Assembly: GCF_040938485.1 (NCBI RefSeq)
Contig: NW_027270892.1
Coordinates: 1,116,001-1,180,000, forward strand
Direction: 5' to 3'
Length of the DNA stretch: 64,000 nt
Source: Diadema antillarum
Lineage: Eukaryota
Shown: one piece after another, positions 13,211-26,914 of the stretch
Layout: every line of letters begins with the position of its first letter
Position numbering within the stretch: the first letter of the stretch is position 1
The notes under the pieces: generated by a model
Database searches by the model: none
What the model was told of the DNA's origin: nothing
What the model saw: the letters and a program-made list of their open reading frames with translations, nothing else
Position numbers and translations under genes: made by a program

Positions 13211-16200
13211 GTAAGTTGATTTTTAAATTCACGAACGTTTGATTAAGTGTTAAGAGTAATAGTTCAGAAATTTATAGTGTTTTTATTCCCTTGAGAAAAT
13301 ATCGGAGTTGGCATCCATCGAGTTTAGTGCACGGTAGTGCTGCCGCCGGTGCATGCAGCACTGTACATTCTGAAGCACGTAATTCGCAGTTCGTAATGCG
13401 TTTATGCCTTCAGCGAAACTCATGTGCGTTGGTAATACGCACACACAAAGCCCATACAGCCCCATGCGCTTGATGGCATGCAGTGCAGTGCCACTAAAGT
13501 GTTGCAGTTAAAAAACCGGTTGCCTTGTCTTCAGGGCACTTGAAAACATTTAACAAGCATAGTTTCCCAATAGCTCTTTGTGTATACATAAAGATAAAAG
13601 ACTGCCTGAAAATAAGTGAAATATTAATTCATAATCATTATGACCTGTGTGTGTGAATGGGGGACTGACTGGGTCGTTCAAACATTGAATCGATCAATGC
13701 ACAAGTCAATGGCATGCGTTGCGAAAAAGGTTTAAATTTGCCATCCTATGTTAGAACCAAAGATAATAGATAACAAGATACGAAGGCGCGCGATAAAAAT
13801 GGACACAAAATGGCTACCCAACATGACGATACAAAAGAGGGCAAGAAATCTAAGTAGAAAGGTGTACAAACTTATTACCAGTATAGCCAGGTGCCCGCAA
13901 CTCGTCAGGGGCCCGAATACCGTCACTCCGCTTAAAATCGTTTTGAGCGCACTGAACAAAAATGTATGCCCGGGACTGTGTTCTGTACGCTTGAAACTTG
14001 GCAGGACTACCACAACCAAGCAAATTGTGGTGAAAACCGAACAGTTTTTCGCGAAAATCTGAAATTTTAATAGGGCTAGAATCTCTATAGGAATACGTGT
14101 TATATGTCACCCGCACGCATCTTTTACGTGTATGTCTATGGGAACATCACGGTCACCCGCACACGTCTTTTACGTGCTAAGTCTATGGGAGAGCGGGTGA
14201 CGAGTTGCGGGCCCCTTCCTTAGCACGCAACTTTTTCGCATCGTTCGCCTTTGACGACGATAGCTGCAAATTTTCAATATCGATCAGTGAACTTGTGATT
14301 CCATAGGAATTTTCAGCATTTTTCCTGTATCTATGTGACTTGGATTTCAAAAAATTTCAGTGACGAAATGTGATTCAAATATGGGCAAACATTAACTATG
14401 ACGAGGTCCGGGTCACCCAAGTATACTTCCTACACCTACATTTTGTAGGAACATCATTCATTTCAAAAAGTAGTGGTATTTATATATCTTAAAAAGATTT
14501 AAAAATTATAGTCGTAGCTCTTTTTCGATTAACGGGATTAGTTTGAAGAACAAGATTTTAGAGTAATAAGGATTATTTCGTGGAGGTAAAAATTTGGCAA
14601 CAACATGATCTCACAATCAAAACACTTGATAAACAACAACAACATCTTCAAAGACAGCGCGTCTCCGGCAAAGACACACCGTCACCTGAGACGCGCTGTC
14701 CCTGAAGCCGCTGCTGCTGTTCATCAAGCGTCAAGGCAGCGCGTCTCAGGTGATGTGCGTAATACGCTTGAGGACCGCGCGCTGTCCATTTGTTTTGTAC
14801 AGGATTAGCGCGAACTTTCCTGTCTTATTAGTTAAGCGTCTTTGGTTGGGACTCTAGTCTAACAGTTAGTACTGAATAGGCCTAGTCTAAATTAGATTTA
14901 GACCCCTACTTTTCTATTTCTACTAATAATTAGACACTCTTACAACTCTGTCTCTATTTTACGCTACCCACAACGCCATGGCTGTAGAATTCTTTTACAG
15001 AACTGAGCCACATGAGCATCAAGATAATTCTGAACACATGTTATTGGATGTTGATACAGCCAACGTGACAGGGGATTAGACAATTGTCTGGCTCATGAAG
15101 AGAAACCTATCAATCCTCATCATCATCATGTAGATCTACGTACATACAAAGGAGAAATTAGATCCTGTGATCCTCGGACCTCGGTCTGCTCCCCCGTCGA
15201 ATATTGTACTTAGTCCACCTTCTCCGGTGTTAAACTAACTGTGCGACCAGCCCAAACGCTATAAATTAATTGTGTAACCAACATTACAAGGAGCACCCTG
15301 GGGTTAGCGTCGAGCCTACTAATGAGTATTGTATGATTGCTAGATGCATAGTGTAGAGTGTACATTGTACATGTATTTTATCTAGTGCAATATCAAAATA
15401 TCTACAAAATACTGGAATTCAAAACTGGTGCAAGTGAAAAGAAGCTTGCCTCCCCTTTTTTAGCAAAGCTGGATGTGCTGGACCCCTTGTCTGAACTGGT
15501 CCGCAGGTGGGCAGCAAGCAGTTGACCAGATTTTTGGGTAGCGTGTTCCACAAGCGGATGGAGTCTGGGTAAAGAGAACATTGGAAATGAGAGTCTTGGT
15601 ATTATATCGCAAAAGGGATGATTACCTTTTGAGGATGACTTTGTCAAGTGGTAGTTGCTGTTTGAAAATAGGTGCTAGGAATTTTGAGAAGTCAATTAAC
15701 AGAAATTAAATATCATCACATCCTTGAACTGAACCTGACGTCCCTGTGTTTAGTAAAGTAGGCCACTGGAGTTGGTGGATCATGGAAGAGACATTGCTTG
15801 TTTATCTGAAGTCAGTCAACACAAACTGAGCAAAGCGGCATTGTACCATCTCAAGCTTGTTGATGTTTTTGTTGTTGTTTTCTTGTTTTGTTTTTGTTTT
15901 TTTTTTGGTCGATGGCTTTCAGACAATACAAGCATTCTCCTGGTCTTATGAGTTTCTTGTAGCATAGCACCTTGGTCTCATTCTGGTGAGGATACAGCCC
16001 AATGATATGTTGTACTGCAGGAAGGTGCATTGTACTTGCTCCTTTGGCTTCCTTGGTCATGATGTTGGTGTGTTTGTTCTAACTTACATGTACACATGTA
16101 CCGTAGGTCTTTTGAGAGGTGAATACCAAGATATTTAGCAGTACCTGAACTGTTGAATATTTCTCCATGGATCCTGTAATTGTGATAAATGGGTGACTTC

Positions 16201-19200
16201 TTTCTTGAGATGCACAGCACTTGACATCTCTGTCAGAACGCTGACAAGTCCCCTTAATTTTGCTGGAGGCTCTCTTAAGACTAAAATATGTCTACACTTT
16301 TTGCCTTTACAAGAGCATATTAAAGGTGCATAGTCCCGGTAGTGTAGAGGGCGCTGTTGATGATACTGTCGATCATCATTAGCATTGATACGAAGATTAC
16401 CGAAGTTGAGCTGTCCTCAAGAGTAAAGTGCGTAGGTGTTGCTAAGTAACGTTGCCTTCGTTGTCTTCTCTGTGCATCGCGCAGTCTGTAGTAATGCCAG
16501 GGTGCGTGCATATGTGCTTGTTATTATGACATCACAAAAGAAGTTTGCTAAAGCTGTCATCCCCCTCAGCCGAATCATGAGCCGAACTGTGATCCGACCA
16601 CTGACTACAGTGAATCGGACTTCTTCGGACTCGGGGAAGTGGGCCAAAGCGTAAGGGCTAAAGAGGAGTCGATAGCGTAGGTCTCTATAGGAAACTTGTG
16701 CCGTGCGCCCGCGTACGCATTTGACTAAAATATCGGGACCATGCACCTTTAAAACCAGGAATTATTTTGCCTTTTGAAACTAACAGTAACACATAGACTT
16801 CAGTGCATACATTTCTCCCTGATTGCACTCTGAAACACAATATGAAGGGATGAAAGATCTTTAAAGTGCACACCCCACTTCAAAACGTTATAGTATCGTG
16901 CAACTAGGAATATGTGAAATTATGACCAAAGATAAAATATACCCTAATGCATATAACTTGATTGTCTGTAATTGTTTTATGACTTTCCATTTCTGTGTTA
17001 TCCACCTAGGAAGTGAAACCGAGCAATGAGCATGTGACACTCAAGGTGACGGGAGATGTAAGTATATTGGACACTTCCTTATTAGCCATCAACCTTGAGC
17101 ATTTTTACAAAGTCAACCTCTCTTCACCCAAAGAAGCAGTGAATCTCAAAATGTTGGTGGAAATGAGATTGTCAGGGTTGGTTGACGCTGGGATGACATG
17201 AACCAGGCAAAGAAACATACAAACACTCACACTTTCTCCTACAATGTACCTGCACCCAACTCACAAACGTGCAAGCACATTAGCACAGTCACATAAGGCT
17301 GACTGCAGGCATTCCAGTGATTTTCGGGAGGGGAGGCCATCGTAGGCAGGTTCAGGTGCAAACAGATTTTAAGATGTACGGGTCATGCTTGGCTGGCAGT
17401 GTTGTAACATAATGGATCTATAGAAATGTGGAAGGTGGAAACAACGGTTTGGAAAAAGATCTTCTTTGGTTTTATCGAGCATTTAACTTGCTACATCAGT
17501 ATACACAGATCAATTCCAAAAACTTTTGAAAACCGTTTGTTCCATTTATAAGTAAAACTTCCTTATAGTTCTGATTTAATTCCTCTGCAACTTGGTTAAT
17601 GATTACAAACTGTTGTAAAAGTGATTTGTTTTGTTTTTTCTCTGTTTTGCGTAGTTCACTGATGTCCAGAACAAATGCAATGCACAATATGTTTGATTGG
17701 TTTGCTTCCTCCCCCCCACCCCCTCCCCAAGTATGAGTAGTAATATTTGTAGATATAGCACTACGGATCTTAACATCACCGATCAGGAAAGTATTAAGGA
17801 AAGATGCAGAGGGAGTTTGATGATTTCTTTCTGAATTCTTCTTTCTTTCTTTTTTTTAAATGGGGTTTTGTGCTTAGGATGGATCAACAATCAGCTTTAA
17901 GATCAGGCGGAAGACCAAGCTCCTGAAGCTCATGGATGCCTACCGTGACAAGCAGGTGAGTGAGTGAGTGAGTGAGAGGCTCTAAGAAACCTGGACTTTC
18001 ACGAGAGCCTAGTCCTAAGTAATATGTACACCGTATGTATATTGGAGTTACGACTGCACTGCTGTATGAGATGCATCACGACTTCGGTAAAAAACAGAAA
18101 ACAAACAAACAAAACAAACTCCAAAAAATACAGAGGGACTTAATTCCAGTAAAAGAGATTCATTACTGTTTCGAATTTTGATAACAAACTTCCATACATT
18201 TCGGCATATTTTGCATATTTCCATATAATTGGTTAGGTTTATTAAATTGTAAGTTTAACAGGTATCAACCAAATTGTGCAAGCTGTGTGTCGGGATTTTG
18301 AAGAATTATTGAGCATGTGATATGAAGAATAGTTGAGCGTGTTTATGCAAAATTTATTTGTCTCATACTTGAGAATGAGCCTCATGAAAAAAAGAGCATG
18401 CACATTTGTGTTTTCATCCACACAAGTCATAATGTACATGTAGTTTGTGTGGTGCATTCAGGGGAGGATAAATTGTCTTGCAATTGATGCTATGGCTTAA
18501 CAAACTTGTCCATGCTGCACTTTGTGTTTAAGAATTTTTAAAATCTCCCCAAAACTGGCACGAACAAAAGTGAGTTTACTGCTTTATTTCTGGAAAAAAA
18601 AAATAATGTGGTTTTATTGCAGGCAAACACAGTGTATTCCCAATGAACCGTTGTGCAATTGATCAGTGTGAATTCTGCTGGAAGGAGCAATATTTACAGT
18701 TAGCTTTTTGTAATCATTGAAGCTGTAAACTTGTCTGAAGAGACAAGTGCTGCAATATTTTGTGGATTCATGTCATCTGTTGCATTCTGTGGAATGTGGT
18801 TATCTCCTTGAAGCAGTGAGATGACAGTTAGGCTGGCTAAATCTTATGCAAGAAAATCCAGGTATTGTTTCTATTATTATTATTATTGATATTATTATCA
18901 TGATTATTGTCATTACAGTATGATCATTATAATGATAATGTTGATGATGATGATTATTCACATTTTATATTAACAATTCTTGTCACAGCCAACAAATTGA
19001 CACTGGCTGTGGATCTCACATTGGTCATAGGTTTGGCAGATTGATTAATGTATGTCAAAAGTAATTTTAAGCAGCAGATGTAGTTATAGATATAGTCATC
19101 ATGGAAGTGCCATTTTCTTCTTAAAAAAAGAATAAAATTATAAAATTGACAGAAATATTGACAGTGAAGTCAAATGCCATCAGGCTAAGAAAATCTGCAT

Positions 19201-19498
19201 TGTTGTGAATGGAACATGACAAATTCAGCATTCAGTATAATGAGGGAGAACAGTTGTGCTGTTTTGTTTTTTTACCTATTAGCCTAATATATGTGACAGT
19301 CACAGTACCCAAGTCCCAAGTATTTGATTTTTTGTTGTTATTGTTTTTCTTCATCTTTGTGTGTGTTTGTAGGTGTGTGAGTATGTGTTACTAATTTTTC
19401 CTGCTTGATATGACTTATAACTGTAGGGCTTACGAGGACATCATCTCCGTTTCCGGTACGACGGGCAGCCGGTAAATCCTGACGACACACCAGAGGCA
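13193..19498 (+). CDS. SUMO: SUMO-family ubiquitin-like modifier, join(13193-13210,17010-17057,17878-17955,19427-19498,+terminal exon unresolved)
   Basis: MSTEQK|EVKPSNEHVTLKVTGD|DGSTISFKIRRKTKLLKLMDAYRDKQ|GLRGHHLRFRYDGQPVNPDDTPEA aligns to SUMO (LKV.GQDGS.V.FKIK..T.L.KLM.AY..RQG....RF.FDGQ.I...DTP). All introns are phase 0 GT-AG, at the positions used by SUMO1-type genes. Confidence 0.9.
13765..14845. mobile_element. Non-autonomous interspersed repeat, copy 1 (longer)
   Basis: 13765-13840 and 14430-14845 are near-identical to 20920-20995 and 21010-21410; ends at GTCTTATTAG-TTAA. Confidence 0.65.
15920..16250 (-). mobile_element. Degenerate non-LTR (CR1/L2/Jockey-like) RT C-terminal fragment
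   Basis: Minus strand reads CQVLCISRKKSPIYHNYRIHGEIFNSSGTAKYLGIHLSKDLR...TKVLCYKKLIRP, a typical post-RT segment, with frameshifts. Confidence 0.6.
16324..16748. mobile_element. Kolobok-like MITE, copy 1 (TTAA target, AGG...CCT termini)
   Basis: TTAA|AGGTGCATAGTCCCGGT ... ATCGGGACCATGCACCT|TTAA; highly similar to 19851-20276. Confidence 0.85.
17010..17057 (+). CDS. SUMO: SUMO-like exon 2
   Basis: ccacctag|GAA...GAT|gtaagt; EVKPSNEHVTLKVTGD. Confidence 0.88.
17878..17955 (+). CDS. SUMO: SUMO-like exon 3
   Basis: gtgcttag|GAT...CAG|gtgagt; DGSTISFKIRRKTKLLKLMDAYRDKQ. Confidence 0.92.
19427..19498 (+). CDS. SUMO: SUMO-like exon 4
   Basis: ctgtag|GGC...GCA|gtaagt; GLRGHHLRFRYDGQPVNPDDTPEA. 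Confidence 0.92.
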
Positions 19499-19850
19499 GT
19501 AAGTTGATGTCATATCGTCTGATCGTGCATGTGGTTTTTGTCGCTTGAAGGAAATGCCAGATCATGTGACAGCATAGCTTGTCCACTGGCAACATCCTTT
19601 TTTTTTTTTTGCGTACTGATCACTTCAAGGTTTTTCTGAGGGAGGGACTCACCTAAAGTAATATGTCATGTAATGTATCAGTGGGACAGAGAGTCACATC
19701 AGATGTGACAGTGACAACTGAGACGTGGTTTAAACCATTGATTCCTGGGGGAATTTTGCTGCATAAATTGTGTTGTTATAAAGTGGCACCGTCTGTACAA
19801 TGTTTATCTTGTAGTGGATAAAGATTCTAGGAACTTGATAAATTCTTTAA

Positions 19851-20276
19851 AGGGGCATAGTCCCGGTAGTGTAGAGGGCGCTGTTGATGGTACTGCCGAT
19901 CACCGTTAGCATTGATACGAAGATTACCGAAGTTGAGCTGTCATCAAGAGTAAAGTGCGTAGCTGTTGCTAAGTAACGTTGCCCTCGTTGTCTTCTCTGC
20001 GCATCGCGCAGTCTGTAGTAATGCCAGGGTGCGTGCATATGTGCTTGTTATCATGACATCACAAAAGAAGTTTGCTAAAGCTGTCATACCCCTCAGCCGA
20101 ATCATGAGCCGAACTGTGATCCGACCACTGACTACAGTGAATCGGACTTCTTCGCACACGGGGGAAGTGGGCCAAAGTGTAAGCGCTAAAGAGGAGTCGA
20201 TAGCGTAGGTCTGTATAGGAAACTTGCGCCGTGCGCCCGCGTACGCATTTGACTAAAACACCGGGACCATGCACCT
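19851..20276. mobile_element. Kolobok-like MITE, copy 2
   Basis: TTAA|AGGGGCATAGTCCCGGT ... ACCGGGACCATGCACCT|TTAA. Confidence 0.85.
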
Positions 20277-20919
20277 TTAAAATGTGCACGAGCTCAGACA
20301 AAGAATGAAAATGAATTGCCATTTTGAGGGAAAATTCAGAGTATTTAATTTTCTGAAGTTTGTTGCCATTTATTGATCAGCCGTGAACTGAACCATGAAG
20401 AGGCTTTCAAAAACTCTGTAACAGATACAAGTGGTACTAGTATGATATGAACAGCAGCAGGCTCAAATGAAAGAAACATTCTTATTCTGCCTTACAAAAG
20501 ACTAATAATGAGAGAGAGAAATGGGATGAAAAGATGATCAGCACCAACCCATATAAACGCAGTTTCTGCAATTTGATGAGTTAATGTTGTGTGAGTTGAC
20601 CATAAACTTTAACATTAATCCTTTTAAATCCCCTATAGTGTGGGATTCATCGGTGACCCGGTTCATTCGCCACCCACTGGGAAACGTTCGAAAACTGTGT
20701 ACGTGTATAGCACTAGTCAGCGTATATGTACGTTGAAGCGTACGCTCATTAGTAATGATTGACTCCAATCGTGATCAGCACTTACACAGAGATTAGTGAT
20801 AATGCTGTACACAATTTGTAAGGGGCTTCTCGAATACATCGGAACCGGGCCATCCTTCCCACTCCGTGGTATCCCCAAGCTGCTGGGTCTTTACAGTCTC
20901 CAAGTTACAACGAAAGATA

Positions 20920-21410
20920 GTAGAGATAACAAGATACGAACGCGCGCGATAAAAATGGACACAAAATGGCTACCCTACATGACGATACAAAAGCAAGCTA
21001 AGTACAAACTCAGTACACCTAGAAACATTCATTTCCAAAGGTAGTGGTATTTTTGTTATCTTAAAAAGATTTAAAACTTATAGTCGTAGCTTTTTTTTTG
21101 ATTAAGGGGATTATTTTGAAGAACGAGATTTTAAAGTAATAAGGATTATTTCGTGGAGGTAAAAATTCGGCAACAACATGATCTAACAATCAAAGACGCT
21201 TGATAAATAACAACAACAACTTCAAAGACAAGCGGGTCTCAGGCACATCACCTGAGACACGTGTCTTTGAAGTTGTTGCTGTTTATCGAGCGTCTTTGAG
21301 TGGTCTTGGGTGACGTGCATAATACGCTTGAGGACCGCGCGCTGCCCATTTGTTTTGTACAGGATTAGCGCGCACTTTCGTGTCTTTTCAGTTAAGCATC
21401 TTTGGTTACA
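20920..21410. mobile_element. Internally deleted copy of the 13765-14845 repeat
   Basis: Shares both blocks with copy 1 but lacks the ~590-bp middle. Confidence 0.65.
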
Positions 21411-24400
21411 ACCAGAGTGTGGATTATATGGCATAGAAATTAGTGTCTGCAAATCTCAAGCTCCCTATCATAACATTCAAAAGGAGTCAATACCTTTGAG
21501 AGGATGCCTCACTTGTCCCCACAGTAATTCAAACTCTTGTTCCTTGCAGGGGAAGGCTTCAAGGAAGGAGCTGGAGCAAAGATTCTAAAGCCACTTTACA
21601 ATGGCCGATATAGCACCTATTTTCTCATGTACGAGTACCGGTAGCACATGTTGTTGCTACCCATCTTCCATGCTGTTTTGATCCTGGGCTGCACCCTGTC
21701 GCAGGAGTCAACTGTATGGGGTTACTTCATTACGTGAGGGACATGTGTCATCCAAAATCTGGTCGTAACCCGTTTTGTCGTTGAGTTAGTCTTGCATGGG
21801 AAAATCAGCAGTGGAATTTTCATGAGCAAGTGCATTGTTAAAACAGTGGACTCCCATTATAATGAAGTCCTCGGGGACTGGCAGTTTTTTTTCGTCATCA
21901 AAATTTTGTCATAACCAAACAAATTTAATAAATAATAAAACATTGGGCAGATAATGTTGCAGCCTGAATTTTTTCCTTGTTGTAACTGGAGTTTCATTGT
22001 AACCATGTTGGTGCACTGCATTCAAATTTTGTATGATTTTTAAAGACTTTGATGCACCGTGTGACCCCCTTCCTCCTCAATGCAGCTCGCTCTCGAAGAC
22101 GACGACCAGTTGGAAGCATACCAAGAGCAGACTGGAGGGAGAGGGTAGGCCGCATCCTCACCCCGATGGATAGGAGGAGGTTTGGTCCCTTATTTTCACC
22201 ACAACCTACATGTATGGCAGCTGTCTTACATCCTGCTGACCAACTCGTCAATCCATTCTCCCAGGACCCCCAGTGTCCCACTTCACTTATTCGGGTATAT
22301 GTAATCTAATCCAGTCTGACCCCGACATCATGTCCTCACTTTGCACTTCATAGATCAAGGCCCTCTTCCATGAAGACAGTCATCCGAAATGATAATCAGT
22401 AATTACAGTTACTTGGCAACAACTAAAATGATCCTCTCCTAGTTAGACACACCCTGGCTGTTGTCACAGTAGCTGCAATTATTGTAGCTTGCAATTGATG
22501 TAAAGTGTTTAATGAAATTGGGCCGTGATAAACAAGGAAGTGGCACATTATAACTATAACACACTCTCTTGATACAATTATATTTAAAGCAATCAGTGGA
22601 AGTAACGGAGAGCCCTTGATGCGCTATACCACCTGTGATGCAGGAACACAAGATGATAGGAATTGTAATTATGTGTAATGTGAAAAGAACTTCTCCATGA
22701 TTTCTTAACCACTACTATGTTTCCAGTTTAGAATGAAGTAGAAAAGAAAGAAAGAAAAAAAAACAACAAAAACAGGTCATCATCAAGATGGGAGCTGTGT
22801 GTATCAGTGTAAATTTCATATTTCAATTTCTAATGGATAGTGTCATACCTCGATTGTCTGACATAGGTTCTGGTGTAGGCCAACACGAAAATTGCCTCAG
22901 AAGGAGGGTATCTGGCTTAGCTGTGTAGGATAGAGTTGAGAAGAGTTGGAACTAGGCATGGAAACACTCAAATTGTTGGACGCTGTTCGGAACACCAGAG
23001 TTCAAGAGGAATGACTATGTGAATCATATTTTGTGGGTTGTGGATTCTCTTTTTTGTGTATAAATGTCATTGACACTTTGAATATTGTACATTTTTATTG
23101 CTGTATCATTGAGTTTTGTCCTTTCCAGCTTTTCCTCATTATGTTTCATCTGATTTTCGTCAACAGCTAGACCAAACAACTAAACATGTACATGCATTTT
23201 TACCCATTGCAATGCTTGTGAATAATACGGCCGATTTGTCTACAGACAAGTCTGCTTGGAATGTAACCAAGAGCACCCATAGGAGTCATAACGGTTCTCT
23301 TGCTCTCATTTAGAAGCTCTATCTCTTCGGTGTCAACCACACAACTTGATGCTGACTTTCTGTTAGTCAGGATGAAGAAATTGTCCAGAAATCCCTGGCC
23401 ATGAGAGCGCTGTAGGGGTGATATTATTTATCCACATACCTGGTGCATTTTGAGTGCTAAAAATTAAAACAACATCCTCTGCTGCTACCACATTCTTTCC
23501 TTTATTCAAATGTTAATGGGAATTCCCCCTTCCAGGTTTCTGTCATTCTAAAAAAAAAAAACTAAAACCTAAAAAACAAAACTACTAGCCAATGGCAGCA
23601 TGATGCTTTGATGCTTTTGTGTGTATTCAGGCATCACTACCACATTTCTTCTTTTTTTTTTTCTCTCTCTGACCAGAATGAGTACCATTGGGAATAGGCT
23701 GATTCTGGTTTATTTAGCTTGTAATCCTGCTTCATTTGGACATGTTCATTTACCTATACAAATTGAGACATAGTATATGGGGAGGGGGAATGGGGGGGGG
23801 GGGGGGGGGGGGGGTGGGCTGGGGAGTAGTCTTAATAAATGATTATTTTATGAACTAGTATAATTGTAACTTAATTTCTTGTCCCATGTTTAAAAAAATG
23901 CTTTTGCCACAAATTGTTGTGCAGTTCTTAAAAAAAATAAAGAAATAAATGTATTTTCGTAAAAGTATTCTACACTGAGGGCAAGGATGATGCCCATCCA
24001 ATTTTCCAACATTAGAGCCTCAGATATAAATACTGAACAAGTATGTCAGAACACTAGCGCATTTGTGGACATTCCAGTCATCTGTTTTTTGTTTCTTGTT
24101 TTTTGCATGGAGGAGAGAACGGACAGCTCTTTTTTAGCCACGATCTGATTTTGCCTTGTAAAAATCCTGTGATAGTTGGTTCTATTTGTTCGCACCTGCA
24201 GGTATATGAAAGCACCCCAAGTGACCAGTGTACAGTGGGCCCAGTGGTCACAGATAGTGTAATTCTGGTAAAACTGAAAGTTATGCACCAAGTTGTGTGA
24301 AAATTATTTTGGCCTATTGATTGTATATGTGCCCTTTTCCATGAGTTGCACATTGTATATGCAGAGAGTGATTGAGAGAGAAGAAGAAAAACGATGTAAC

Positions 24401-25395
24401 ATATTTTACATATCATACCATAATGAAACTGTAATAAGTACCGTAGATTTCATGTACGATCAATATCTATCTTTGTTGCTTTGTAGGTATTTGCAATTAC
24501 TTGACAATGCACATATGAATAGACGTAACATACACTTGCAACATTTGGTAATTTCTTTTCCCTCTTATGAGACTACGACTTCATTTAAGTGAGGGTAAGT
24601 AATGCGTAGCACATACACAGTTTGACATTTTGCCTGGTTTAGTGATGCATTTATGTTGTATACGTGTTGTTATATTTGTAGAAGTGCTCTCCCACTAGGG
24701 AAGAAATAATGTTTTGAAAATTCGGGAGAGTCCGTGTAATTTTGCTCTGGAGATTCTTCTTCATTGTGAATGCAACACCCCTTTCATGAGTCCATTCGTA
24801 CCCCCTGCAGAGCTGCCAAGTGGCCTGATTCTGCAGGGGGTGCCCTGTAAAGAAATAGCTGCATCTTTGTTTCATCATGAAAGAATATTACAGCCTCTCC
24901 CATATACAATGTAGGAATGATTTTTGTCAGTTGACTTACATGTGGCACAAAAATTCAACATGATAATGTTGGAGGCTAAGTACAGTAGCTTATCAAAAGA
25001 ATATCAGGCCTATAATTACAAAGAAACAGTTAATCATATAATAGTCACGTGCAGCAAACAATAGATTAAAAAGCAACAACCAATAACAAGTTAGTTGTTT
25101 TTTTTTTGAGAGAGAGAGAGAGAAACAATCTCTGATTCTCAGTAGAATCTGTGCAGTATTGATTCAGTCATTAAAATAACTCGTTTGTGTTCACATGAAA
25201 TTGAGTCAACTGACCAAGTTAGAATAGTTTTGTGTATTTTAGTTTAGAAAACTATTGTTGCATGTTCTAATAAAGTGAAATTCTGTATTTTAATCGTTCC
25301 AAACAAAGATGTTTAAGTGTTCAGAGGTCTAGATGTCAACTCTCTCCATAGAATGAATTGTGAGAGGAGAGAATTATACTGTATGCATGTTTTGG

Positions 25396-25543
25396 NNNNN
25401 NNNNNNNNNNNNNNNNNNNNNNNNNNNNNNNNNNNNNNNNNNNNNNNNNNNNNNNNNNNNNNNNNNNNNNNNNNNNNNNNNNNNNNNNNNNNNNNNNNNN
25501 NNNNNNNNNNNNNNNNNNNNNNNNNNNNNNNNNNNNNNNNNNN
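25396..25543. other. Assembly gap (N run)
   Basis: Run of N. Confidence 0.99.
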
Positions 25544-25637
25544 TGCAGTTATCACAGTCGGCATCAGCCAACAAGCCTCGGGCTACTACATGGATGACGG
25601 CAAGGGTATGAGCAGTGATATTAGTGATGCTGTGTGA
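25544..25637 (+). CDS. Candidate 3' part of the SUMO-like terminal exon (5' part would lie in the gap)
   Basis: Frame reads AVITVGISQQASGYYMDDGKGMSSDISDAV*. AVITV...QQASG loosely matches SUMO1 DVIEVYQEQTGG. It is followed by AT-rich, UTR-like sequence. Confidence 0.35.
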
Positions 25638-26914
25638 TGTATTTATCTCAACATGTACTAGATATTTCATTGTAGGGATAAAGTGGTTAAATCGGGTGTG
25701 AGCAAACTACTTTGAGTGAAACATGGTGGTAAATTTGATCAATGGTGCTTCACTTGTGAAACAAGATGAATGGTTGTGAAATGGAACTTCATTTATCTTT
25801 TTTGTTTCTTCTTAGATTGTAACATGAACACAAACAAGACCAATTTATGCTTTAACAGATTTATACATATTAAGCAGCTCATTTTTCTTTTTCTTTATTT
25901 TTCTCTTAATTCTACAAGTAATCATTGTGGACCTATATGTATACGTCACGATTACAAAGTTCTGACTATACGTGTATAACTGATATAAATCAAGAAATTG
26001 AGAACTGCCAAGTCTGCTTGATGCTAAGGGGGGGGGGGGGGGGTCCATGGAAAATATATTAGAAGTGCATTAATGTTCCTTTCTTGACTTTACAAAAGAA
26101 TAAGAATAGTCTCCCTGACTTGATAATTATCTTGCTGAGATGCGTGCAACAAGAAAACACAAATACACGTATATACATTGTATGTATCTTTGTAATACTA
26201 GTAGCCTTCCCTGGAATGTCTCCAATTCTTTGTGAGTGTTGACAGCCCTGCACTGCCTGCAGATAGATAATGGGATACACTTAAAAACAAACAAACAAAC
26301 AAACAAACAAACAAACAAACAAACAAACTGATTTTGCATTACGTTAGACCTTTCTTTCTTTTTTTTTTTTTTTAATGCCTCCTGTCATTTTAGCAGCATA
26401 TTTCCGGGATTTATATTTTTATGTGCAAAGACAGTGAAATAAACTGTACAAGCATATCGGTGCTCGATTCTGATGCGCATCGTAGAGGAATTCCATTGAC
26501 AGACTAATTTCCTTTGTATTGACCATTTCATTGACTTTTAGTCATAAATTTTTACTTCAATCCACTGAAAACAAAAATGTTTACATGCCTTGTCATTGTT
26601 TGCACAATTTATTTGGAAAGTAGGCTATATATATCGTTTCACGTTTAGCCAGAACTTTGTCAACACTGCTGATTAGATTTTTTTCTTTTTTTTTTGTCGC
26701 GAGCAAATACATTGTAAATGCTTTATCACATGACATCGTATCACTGAGATATCAAAGGTCCTGTTTACCTTTGGGAGAAGTGATTTAAAAAAATGTTCAA
26801 GGTATCACTTTTGGTGCATGAATGTGTAGGTCAGTTGTATCACAAAACATCCTACCATATACACTTGTATTTTTTTTTTTTCAATAAAGCCTAAAATATA
26901 AGGAGATATCACGA

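Noticed and set aside
16320-20322. Pairs of similar 60-110 aa ORFs at 16.3-16.7 kb and 19.8-20.3 kb
   Set aside because: They arise from two copies of the same MITE; stops differ between the copies and there are no protein motifs.
22940-23015. LELGMETLKLLDAV... as the SUMO terminal exon
   Set aside because: Only LGME matches; there is no pyrimidine tract, no acidic stretch and no GG.
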